Part shown: positions 20,735-29,350 of the stretch, piece after piece
Layout of the letters: the number at the start of each line of letters is the position of its first letter
How positions within the stretch are numbered: position 1 is the first letter of the stretch
NCBI GenBank assembly: GCA_043814095.1
Contig: JBDRKI010000036.1
Coordinates: 51,598-115,597, forward strand
Reading direction: 5' to 3'
Length of the DNA stretch: 64,000 nucleotides
From: Armatimonadota bacterium
GTDB taxonomy: Bacteria; Vulcanimicrobiota; JACPDS01; JBDRKI01
Program-made: the position numbers and the translations under genes
The notes under the pieces: generated by a model
Databases searched by the model: none
The model's input: the letters and a program-made list of their open reading frames with translations, nothing else
What the model was told of the DNA's origin: nothing

Positions 20735-21937
20735 CTATATATTATTTGCTAAAATATTTGCAAATGCAGTATAAAATGCCGTTGCTTTTTTGATATGGTC
20801 TACTGTTATCTGATCATCTGCGGTATGTGCGTATTCTTCCTTGCTGGGGCCGTAGCCTATTGTGGGGATATTCATTTTTCCCATGGAAGCCACGCCGTTT
20901 GTTGAGAATACCCATTTGCTGACTTTAGGTTTTGCTCCGAAGAGAGTTTCAGCGGTTTTAATACCTGCCTGCACGAGTTTATGGTCTTCAGGGAGCACCC
21001 ATGTGGGATAATACTTTTCCTGGTCAATATGCTCGTCTGTATATGTGGGGGTATCATAATAAAGGACATCTACTTTAGCGTTTCCTTTACATATATCTTC
21101 AAGTTCTTTTACCGAGCTTTCTTTGGTTTCGCCCACGGTAAGGCGTCTGTCTATGTATATTTTACATTCGTCTGGCACTGAATTTAATGAAGGCGTCTGG
21201 CATTCTATTTTTGATACTACTATGGTGCCTTTGCCGAGAAAATCGTCGTCTTTCAGGTTATCGTTTAATTTTTCTATCGCGGATATGATCGGTGCCATTT
21301 TATAAATTGCATTCTCACCTCTGTCAGGAGCGCTTCCGTGGCATGATTTACCTTTTGCGGTTACGCTCATCTCCATCCTGCCCCTGTGGCCCCTGTATAT
21401 GCACAGATCAGTGCATTCACCGAGCACCACATAATCCGGCTTTGGTATTGAATTATTGAACATATAGAGCATTGACGCGCCGTCACAGTCTTCTTCCTGT
21501 ACGGTGCCCACAACATAAATAGTGAAGTCATCAACAAGCCCCAGTTCTTTCATAATAGCGGCGCCGTAAATCTGGCAGGCTGTCGCGCCTTTGTTATCCG
21601 ATGTTCCTCTTCCGTAGATTATTTCATTTTCAACTTTACCCTGGAAGGGATCGTGTTTCCATGATTTTATGTCCCCTATATCAACCGTATCTATATGGGA
21701 GTCAAAGGCTATCTTTGTTTTGCCGCTGCCTATCTGCCCTATAATATTACCGGCTTTATCTACCCATACCTTATCATAATTCAGTTTTTCCATTTCTTTT
21801 TTTATTTCTTGCACGACATCTTTTTCTTTAGTGCTGGTGCTGGGTATGGCAATAATCCTTCTTAAAAAATCTATGATGTTGTCTTTTTTTAATTCAACCG
21901 TTTTTAAGATTTGTTCCTGGTTAACTGTTTTAAGCAT
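20735..21937 (-). CDS. ygeY: YgeY-family M20 amidohydrolase
   Basis: DSHIDTV, GRGTSD, TVQEEDCDG, GHRGRME, SCHGSAP, FSTNGV. Confidence 0.8.
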   Translation of the reverse strand: MLKTVNQEQILKTVELKKDNIIDFLRRIIAIPSTSTKEKDVVQEIKKEMEKLNYDKVWVDKAGNIIGQIGSGKTKIAFDSHIDTVDIGDIKSWKHDPFQGKVENEIIYGRGTSDNKGATACQIYGAAIMKELGLVDDFTIYVVGTVQEEDCDGASMLYMFNNSIPKPDYVVLGECTDLCIYRGHRGRMEMSVTAKGKSCHGSAPDRGENAIYKMAPIISAIEKLNDNLKDDDFLGKGTIVVSKIECQTPSLNSVPDECKIYIDRRLTVGETKESSVKELEDICKGNAKVDVLYYDTPTYTDEHIDQEKYYPTWVLPEDHKLVQAGIKTAETLFGAKPKVSKWVFSTNGVASMGKMNIPTIGYGPSKEEYAHTADDQITVDHIKKATAFYTAFANILANNI

Positions 21938-21953
21938 GTATCCTCCTTGTTAA

Positions 21954-22685
21954 TCAAAAATTGTCTAAAATTTGCAGGCTTTTTGTATGTTCTTTCTGTT
22001 TTTCTTCTTTTTCTTTTTCATCATTAATGAAATTTTTATCTACGAAAGCCCTGATTTTTTTAGTGTCTTCTTCAGAAATTTCTGAAAATTCCATTCCTAT
22101 TAAATAATTATCAAACTGGGTTTTCTTGGTCCATGCTATCCTGGTTTTAATATTTACAGGCGGATCATCAAAGCTTAAGAGAATCCTTAAATCAATATTT
22201 GTGTCTTTGGGAATAGGATCATCATGCATAATTCTCATGCCTTTTCCGGATAAATTCTGAGTCAGGGCGTAAAACTTTTTCTTTTCTTCGCCTATAGTCA
22301 TCTCGATTGCCAGAACCTTATTTAAGCGGTATGATTTTCTTTTTCCTTCGGGGGAAAATCTGTCAGTAAAACGTTCTAGTTTTTCCCGCGTTTCATTTGT
22401 AATGTTTGAAAATTCCATACCAGTTATATATACCCCGCCTAAAAGTTCTTTCTGCCATATCTTTTTTACCGTTAAATTAAGGGCTTCGTCTGCGCGGATT
22501 ATTAATGAAAACTCTATATCACCGGGGAAGGAGAAATCACTGTGGACCTGCATGCCTGTCGCGGAGATATCTTCAATGTAGATAAAACAGTTTTTAACTT
22601 CTCCCTGCAGATGCAGTTCGCAGTTAAAGGTTTTATGCAGGGATATTTTTTTGCGTTCCGATTCTCTTCTTTCCTGGTTTGTCAT
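21954..22685 (-). CDS. Tandem PilZ-domain protein (c-di-GMP receptor candidate)
   Basis: ERRESER..DISATG and KRKSYR..NLSGKG (RxxxR and D/NxSxxG twice). Confidence 0.8.
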   Translation of the reverse strand: MTNQERRESERKKISLHKTFNCELHLQGEVKNCFIYIEDISATGMQVHSDFSFPGDIEFSLIIRADEALNLTVKKIWQKELLGGVYITGMEFSNITNETREKLERFTDRFSPEGKRKSYRLNKVLAIEMTIGEEKKKFYALTQNLSGKGMRIMHDDPIPKDTNIDLRILLSFDDPPVNIKTRIAWTKKTQFDNYLIGMEFSEISEEDTKKIRAFVDKNFINDEKEKEEKQKEHTKSLQILDNF

Positions 22686-22695
22686 AAATTCACCC

Positions 22696-23979
22696 CTATA
22701 CTTTATTTAAATTTATAAGTCCTTCATATTCTCTTGTAATATCGCCGTATAAAGGAAACTTCGCGCATAAAGATTCTACGTCTTTTTTAACCCGATTAAT
22801 TACAGCTTCATCTTCGGGAGATTTTAAAACTTTTATGATAAGATGCGCTACTTCTTCCATCTGTTCTTTTTTCATTCCCCTTGTTGTAAGGGCAGGTGTG
22901 CCGAGCCGGATGCCTGATGTTACGAGTGGTGGATTAGGGTCAAATGGGATTGTGTTTTTATTTACCGTTATGCCTGCTTTATCTAAAGAAGTTTCCGCTA
23001 TCTTCCCCGTTATATTCAAACTTGTAAGGTCAACAAGCATAAGGTGGTTGTCCGTGCCGCCCGATACTATTCTTAAACCTTCTTTTGTAAGAGCTTCTGC
23101 CAGAGCTTTGGCGTTTTCTAAAATCTCTTTCTGGTAGATTTTAAATTCTTCCGTCATGGCTTCTTTAAAAGCCACTGCTTTTGCGGCAATCACGTGCATT
23201 AAAGGGCCGCCCTGGAAGCCCGGGAAGAGGTTCCTGTTAAGATCTTTTTTATACTGTTCTTTTGAAAGGATAAGGCCTGATCTGGGGCCTCTTAATGTTT
23301 TATGTGTGGTGGTTGTAACATAATCCGCGTAAGGTACCGGGCTGGGATGCAGGCCCGCAGCTACCAGTCCCGCTATATGCGCCATATCAACGACAAAACA
23401 CGCGCCGACTTCATCGGCTATTTTCCTGAATTTTTCAAAATCTATAATTCTTGAATAAGCGCTTGCTCCCGCGAGCAGCATTTTAGGTTTACTCTCAAGG
23501 GCCAGTCTCCTTACCTCGTCATAATCTATTGTTTCAGTCTCTTTATTTACGCCGTAAGGTACTACCTTAAAATATTTGCCTGAGAAGTTTAAAGGATGCC
23601 CGTGTGAAAGATGCCCCCCGCATGATAGATCCATGCCCATGAAGGTATCTCCTGGTTCTAATATAGAGAAAAACACCGCCATATTGGCCTGTGTGCCGGA
23701 ATGGGGCTGTACATTGGCGTGTTCGGCGCCGAAGAGTTCTTTTGCTCTTTGTATGGCTAATCTTTCGGCAACATCAACATATTCGCATCCCCCGTAATAT
23801 CTTCTGCCGGGATAGCCTTCCGCGTATTTATTTGTAAGTACGGAACCCTGCGCTTCCAGAACTGCTTCGGACACGAAATTTTCGGAAGCTATGAGTTCCA
23901 GTTTTGTTGCCTGGCGCTTTGTTTCATTATATACGGCTTCGGCTATCTCTGGATCTGTTTTAATCAAGTGTTTAAACAT
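22696..23979 (-). CDS. glyA: Serine hydroxymethyltransferase
   Basis: [30 protein letters not shown] 23979 follows AGGAG (track start 24018). Confidence 0.97.
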   Translation of the reverse strand: MFKHLIKTDPEIAEAVYNETKRQATKLELIASENFVSEAVLEAQGSVLTNKYAEGYPGRRYYGGCEYVDVAERLAIQRAKELFGAEHANVQPHSGTQANMAVFFSILEPGDTFMGMDLSCGGHLSHGHPLNFSGKYFKVVPYGVNKETETIDYDEVRRLALESKPKMLLAGASAYSRIIDFEKFRKIADEVGACFVVDMAHIAGLVAAGLHPSPVPYADYVTTTTHKTLRGPRSGLILSKEQYKKDLNRNLFPGFQGGPLMHVIAAKAVAFKEAMTEEFKIYQKEILENAKALAEALTKEGLRIVSGGTDNHLMLVDLTSLNITGKIAETSLDKAGITVNKNTIPFDPNPPLVTSGIRLGTPALTTRGMKKEQMEEVAHLIIKVLKSPEDEAVINRVKKDVESLCAKFPLYGDITREYEGLINLNKV

Positions 23980-24082
23980 AATATACTCCTGGGTTTTTAT
24001 TGTTTTAGTTTTTAGCATTATTTAACTTTAAAGTTTGTTTTAATTAATCAGGGCGGTTGTTTAAGCCGCCCCGGATACAATG

Positions 24083-26548
24083 TTATTTGTTTATCTTTTC
24101 AAGATACTCGTTAATCGCTTTATACTGTGAATCCGCGTCCAGGTGAGCTTCTTTGAAGATCTCGTCCGGTTCGCCGCTGCCGTAGGGGCCTATGCTCTCA
24201 TTCTCATCGGCATCTTTACCGATCTGGCTCGGCGGTTTGTAGGAATAGAGAGAGTATCTTAAGCCGATCTCATCCACATAAGGCCTGATTGTACCTTCTG
24301 TGAATTCGGTTATTGCTATTGAGGCTCTTCTTGTTCTTTCTTTGTCGGTATAAGGGAGTACTTTGTCCCTGTATTCTACAGTCTGCATCCTGAAGAGTTC
24401 ATGACTTGTTATTACAACTATAGATACATTCCATTTCTTATCTATCTTTTCAAGCACTTCTTCAATGAATATTTTCGCAACCCCCGCTCCCTGGAGCACG
24501 ATTGTGCCGTCAACCTTTTTACTTGTGTCTGCAGGTCTTAATATATAGCCGCCTTTTGCAGCTTCTACTGCATCAGCAAATCCTAGTTTTTTCCTGTCAA
24601 AGACGATCCCGTCCGGTCTTGCTATAAACGGCACTATGGCAACAGGTCTTGCCATGTAAGATGCCACCATAAGAGGGAATATTTCATTTGGATCTATAGG
24701 CAGTATGGTTATTAAGCTTCTGTAAGGGAAGTTCTCTCTCCATACGCTTAATGCCTGGGGATCAGCGTGTGTTCTTACCCCGTCAGGGCCTGTCCATAAA
24801 GAGGCGTGGAATGCGCCTATCTGAACGGGAGCTCTCAGGTCTCTTTCATGCGAGCCCCACGGTCCGTCCGCTACTTTAACATGGGTATGAGCAAGAGACT
24901 GGAAAGCACCGTATGAAGTCGTGACGCCGGTATATCTACCGGAAGCGCCTAAGCCCAGCATAAGCCCGGCGTTTGCGTCTTCCGTTATACCGCCTCCGTG
25001 AAGTATTCTTGATGACCTGTTGTTTTCTCCGTAATAATAATCTTCTTTATTATCTCCGCCGAAGGAATCTGTAATGCCCGGTAGTGTTGAGCTTAAAAGG
25101 TCAGCAGATACGACCCAGTAAGCGCCGTTTGTGAGTTTATTAATGTATGATGCGATATCAACATACTGTTTTCTGTAAGATCCTTTGCCCGGTTCCATAA
25201 TAAGTTCCGCGGGAGGTTTTGAAGCATCAAGAGGTTTTTCAGCCGTAAACTTTACAAGCGGGGTTATATCAGCTGTAGTCATTTTTCTGTTTTTTGGGAC
25301 TCTCTCTTTTGCCTGCATGACTCTCTTTACGATAAAGTCGGTAAGCTTGGGTTTGTTTTTAAGTACTTCTGATACGGCATTAAGACTCTTCATGAAGTAT
25401 TCTTCTATTACATCCTGGTCCCGGCTCTCGGGCATGCGCGGGAGAGAGGTGCTAAAGCGTTTCTCAAATTCTTCCTGTGACGCGAAATATTCTTTACTGT
25501 CGGTTTTATGTCCCGCTCCGTGATATTTTCTTCCAACTATACAGCACATGGGGTCATAACCCTTGCTCTTTGTTGTATGGAATACGCCCACGGCGAAACG
25601 GCTGCTTTTCTTCATTATATCATTTATAATGCCGAGCCCTGCGGTTACCTGATGGAAGTTATGGCCGTCGTTTACGGTAATAACATTGGCGCCGTGTGTT
25701 GAGGCCAGTTCTTCCGGTGTCCATGAAGCCACTTTTCCTTCGGATATATTATTGAGGTCTTTTGAACAACCTACAACACAGTTTTCGTCTATATTCGCGT
25801 TGTTAAAATCACCGAGGAATGCAACATTGCCCAGTTTCATGTTATGAGCGCACTGGTAGGCTTCCTGGTATCTTCCGGGTGTTGAACCGCCGTCAGCTCC
25901 TTCAAGTATATATACATACGGAGGATTATCTCCCATAAATGTTTCTCTTAAGCTTAACGCGAGCCCCAGCATCTGCGGTGCTCCGTAGCCGGATGCGCCC
26001 GAAGCCAGCCTTATAAACGGGGTCTCGGGGATAGGGTGGCCTTCAAGTCTTACCGGGTTATATTTATCCACTAACTTTGAAGAATAAGTTACGTTTCTTC
26101 TAAAGCCCAGCATATCCTTGAAAAGGATAACATCTTTAGGAAGGGCCTTGGGCTCTCTCATTTTAACGGCTTCAAACAAAAGGGTAAGTACCGCGTACAT
26201 ACCGTTTGCTTTATGTCCGGATGCAAGCCCTATAACATCATTATGTATATTATCCGGATCACTTATATCATATCTTAATGTGTCAAGCAAAAGCCCTATA
26301 AGCTGGGGGCCGGCCGATATTGCTCCGCCAGGGTGGCCGCTCTGGCGGTAATTGAACATGATCTTTATTATGGTATCATATAATACCCTTACGTCATTGA
26401 ATAAATCGTAGGTTTCTTCATCAAGATAAGGTGCCTGTTTTAATACTTCATCAGTTGATGTAAAGAATTGATTTTTTTTCTTGAAATCAATGCTTCCAAG
26501 GTAAGACGGTTTTAAGGGTTTGTTTGTGTCTGATAAGAGTTTTTCCAT
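24083..26548 (-). CDS. Divergent transketolase-like ThDP enzyme
   Basis: SGHPGG, SGHK, LEGHP, GADGG...DFNN, SADL, GPDGVRTH; 821 aa. Confidence 0.7.
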   Translation of the reverse strand: MEKLLSDTNKPLKPSYLGSIDFKKKNQFFTSTDEVLKQAPYLDEETYDLFNDVRVLYDTIIKIMFNYRQSGHPGGAISAGPQLIGLLLDTLRYDISDPDNIHNDVIGLASGHKANGMYAVLTLLFEAVKMREPKALPKDVILFKDMLGFRRNVTYSSKLVDKYNPVRLEGHPIPETPFIRLASGASGYGAPQMLGLALSLRETFMGDNPPYVYILEGADGGSTPGRYQEAYQCAHNMKLGNVAFLGDFNNANIDENCVVGCSKDLNNISEGKVASWTPEELASTHGANVITVNDGHNFHQVTAGLGIINDIMKKSSRFAVGVFHTTKSKGYDPMCCIVGRKYHGAGHKTDSKEYFASQEEFEKRFSTSLPRMPESRDQDVIEEYFMKSLNAVSEVLKNKPKLTDFIVKRVMQAKERVPKNRKMTTADITPLVKFTAEKPLDASKPPAELIMEPGKGSYRKQYVDIASYINKLTNGAYWVVSADLLSSTLPGITDSFGGDNKEDYYYGENNRSSRILHGGGITEDANAGLMLGLGASGRYTGVTTSYGAFQSLAHTHVKVADGPWGSHERDLRAPVQIGAFHASLWTGPDGVRTHADPQALSVWRENFPYRSLITILPIDPNEIFPLMVASYMARPVAIVPFIARPDGIVFDRKKLGFADAVEAAKGGYILRPADTSKKVDGTIVLQGAGVAKIFIEEVLEKIDKKWNVSIVVITSHELFRMQTVEYRDKVLPYTDKERTRRASIAITEFTEGTIRPYVDEIGLRYSLYSYKPPSQIGKDADENESIGPYGSGEPDEIFKEAHLDADSQYKAINEYLEKINK

Positions 26549-26680
26549 TTTTTTCTCCTTTTTTAAGTGTTTTATTGTATATTACGGGTTTGCCGCAATA
26601 CATACAATATTAAGTTTATATTATATTAATCATAAAATCAAGAGTTCCTTCTTAAAAAAATAACCCTATAAAGTATATTT

Positions 26681-26736
26681 TGTTAACATTTTTTTAACAA
26701 TTTGGCAATATTTTGTTAATATTTCTATGTTAATAT
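26681..26736 (+). promoter_or_regulatory. 11-bp direct-repeat array, copy 2
   Basis: TGTTAACATTT TTTTAACAATT TGGCAATATTT TGTTAATATTT CTATGTTAATAT. Confidence 0.65.
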
Positions 26737-26795
26737 TATAATAACAGATAATACTATCTAAAAATAACCAAAAACATATAGATACAGGATGGGAA

Positions 26796-27422
26796 ATGAA
26801 TACTATAAATCCGGTGAATTTCGGTAATTTTATTAAAGATTTATTACAAGATACTAAGGATTCAAAAAATCCGGTGGAAGAAGCGGGAAGATCCGGGGTT
26901 GAGCGTGTTGAGAGTCAGAATCTTCGTGATATTTTATTTGAAGCAGTATGGCTTAAAGACAGGGCAGGCCTGGAAGGTAAAGATAAATACGGTTTTTCCT
27001 GCAAGACTGAAAAAACAACCTTGTCCGGGAAAGAATATGATATATATACAATAGTGAAAACCAAAACTATAGGAAAAGAGATTTTTAAACAAAAAATCTC
27101 TTACCATATTAAAACTGGTTTTTTAAAAGCAGAATTTTTCAGGAAAACTTTTGAAGAATACTGCATAAAGAACGGAAAAACGATACCCTTATGCGGTTAT
27201 GAGATATACCAGCGCGGAACAGCCCAGACAGAGAATTTTATGGCCGAGGAAGGCGAGGAACCATTTGTGGATTTTAAGATACAGAGGAAAGAATCAAAAG
27301 AAAACCTTGTATACAGAACGATATATTTCAGGGACGGTGAATTCTGTGAAAAGTTCAGGGAAAAATTTTATAAACAAACCCGGTTATCCCCCGGAGGGCT
27401 ACCACCCGGAGGTCGTAAATGA
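26796..27422 (+). CDS. Hypothetical protein
   Basis: 208 aa ORF; stop overlaps the next start. Confidence 0.6.
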   Translation: MNTINPVNFGNFIKDLLQDTKDSKNPVEEAGRSGVERVESQNLRDILFEAVWLKDRAGLEGKDKYGFSCKTEKTTLSGKEYDIYTIVKTKTIGKEIFKQKISYHIKTGFLKAEFFRKTFEEYCIKNGKTIPLCGYEIYQRGTAQTENFMAEEGEEPFVDFKIQRKESKENLVYRTIYFRDGEFCEKFREKFYKQTRLSPGGLPPGGRK

Positions 27423-28570
27423 ACGGCTTTAGTTCAACAGAAAAGCAGGGAAGCTTTATAGAAGTGGCCGGCAGAACGCTTAGTATTATAAAGAACGGCC
27501 AGAGAATAAATAAAGATCTTCTTTTTGAAGCTTCTTCCGTTTGCGGTTACGGCAAAAACGGCAATATGGTCGTAAAGACCGATGAAGGCGTAAAAATTAT
27601 AAATGTTCTTGATTCGGGAGTTATTCATCTTTTAACCGATTTCAGTAAAAACAGTTTAAGGGAAGAGAACGCTTTTCTGGGAGACATAAAGATAGACGAT
27701 AAGGGAAAACTTCTCTGCATAGAAAGAATGAATTACAGGTATAAACTTATAGATATGGTTCTAAACTTGCTGAAAATCCGCAAAGCGGTTCCCCATATTG
27801 AAGACCGCCAGTTCATATTCTATAACTTAGAAGAAAGAACAAGGCGTCTGGTATATGTTCATTCCATGTATAAACGGGGAAAGAACCGCGTAAGGTGGGC
27901 CATATCTCCTAATTTCAAATACCTTGTGATTATAGAGAAAGAATACAAAAATCAAAAAGAATCCGTGTATATTGTAAATATAGCTATAAACAGGGTGCTT
28001 GCCAGAATAGATGTTGCCGATACAAGCGCAGAGAATGTAATGGTGAATAATTTCGGTTTCTGCCTGTTTGAGATTAAAAAGAGAAGCAGAAAATGGGAGT
28101 ATGTTATCCTTACAAGCAACGGTAAAGTTATAAGATTTGAAAAAGATACTTCAACCAAACTTATGCATTTCGGGAACAAAATTATAGTATTTAAAAAGCC
28201 CAAAGAATCTCAGCTTATCATAAAAGACTTAAACGAGAAAACCATAGGAGAGTTTGATTTAAAACCGCTTAAGAAACTGGACTTTAATTACGAGCTCTTT
28301 TTTAATGAAAATGATGATATAGAAGTTGTTCTTTCCCAGAACGGGAAAGTTAAAGTCCTGCACTGCAGCCTGGATACTTTCCATACTGACGTTAAAAGAT
28401 GGCAGGTCCTGGCAGAAAAAATGGAAAAAGCAGAAGCGATAGAGAGAATAAGCAGCAGGAACGATATCTCCCCGCGCAGGGGGAGGAGCTTTATGAATTT
28501 CAGAGTTGATTCCCATGAAGCGCTAAGCCAGGCTTTATATAACTCCTTAACGGAGAAGATGGATAATTGA
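27419..28570 (+). CDS. Hypothetical protein, possibly beta-propeller
   Basis: 383 aa, beta-strand-rich, WAISPNFKYLVI-type blade. Confidence 0.55.
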   Translation: MNGFSSTEKQGSFIEVAGRTLSIIKNGQRINKDLLFEASSVCGYGKNGNMVVKTDEGVKIINVLDSGVIHLLTDFSKNSLREENAFLGDIKIDDKGKLLCIERMNYRYKLIDMVLNLLKIRKAVPHIEDRQFIFYNLEERTRRLVYVHSMYKRGKNRVRWAISPNFKYLVIIEKEYKNQKESVYIVNIAINRVLARIDVADTSAENVMVNNFGFCLFEIKKRSRKWEYVILTSNGKVIRFEKDTSTKLMHFGNKIIVFKKPKESQLIIKDLNEKTIGEFDLKPLKKLDFNYELFFNENDDIEVVLSQNGKVKVLHCSLDTFHTDVKRWQVLAEKMEKAEAIERISSRNDISPRRGRSFMNFRVDSHEALSQALYNSLTEKMDN

Positions 28571-28602
28571 GTTGAAAAAAAAGATAAAAATTGGGGTTCA
28601 TA

Positions 28603-29307
28603 ATGGATAATGTAATTAACGGTATAAAGGTAATAAAAACAGTAGACGGCATTCCTAAAGGTGTTGTTAATGATACCGTTATGGGAAAAGTCCCTGTAGT
28701 ATACCGCTATAATCCTATAAGTAAGTCTTCTGAATGGCTGACGGATACAGCTGAAATAGAAGTCAGTGTAGAATCAGCCGTTAAAACACTTCTTCATCAG
28801 GTGCGGGTTCTTGTGGGGCAGAAAGGTTATGGTTCCATTGAACACAGGATATTTATAATAGAAGCCGAGACATTAAAGAATTTTGCCGGGGTGCCGAATG
28901 ACGGCAAATGCCGCATAGATATTAATTTTACAACAAAAAATATGTTAAAGATTAAATCTTCAATGGAAAGAAATCCTGCGCTAAAGGAACAGTTTATAGA
29001 TCTTATAAGTGATATATATATGGATGCAAGAAGCTGTAATGCTCCTAAAGAAGAGAATATCACCGCGCTTAAAAAATTGCTCTACCGCGCCGGATTCAGA
29101 TATACAAAGAGCTCTTCAAGCAAACTGGGCAGGCTTAGAAAAAATATATATAAAGGCGAAGCAGGGAGAAGGACTAAAACAAGAAAACCTAAGCTGCCTC
29201 CGGGGGCCAGAGCTAAAGTCAGAACACCAAAACAATCTCCTAGGGGAAGGATGAAAAGGTTTGAAGTAAAGGCTCCCAGGTGGATGAGAATATTTAATAA
29301 GATATAA
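28603..29307 (+). CDS. Hypothetical protein with very basic C-terminal tail
   Basis: ORF (track start TTG 28591); K/R/P-rich last ~60 aa. Confidence 0.55.
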   Translation: MDNVINGIKVIKTVDGIPKGVVNDTVMGKVPVVYRYNPISKSSEWLTDTAEIEVSVESAVKTLLHQVRVLVGQKGYGSIEHRIFIIEAETLKNFAGVPNDGKCRIDINFTTKNMLKIKSSMERNPALKEQFIDLISDIYMDARSCNAPKEENITALKKLLYRAGFRYTKSSSSKLGRLRKNIYKGEAGRRTKTRKPKLPPGARAKVRTPKQSPRGRMKRFEVKAPRWMRIFNKI

Positions 29308-29350
29308 GCTTTGCAGGGAAGCTGTTATTATATAAAGAAATACCTTCATT

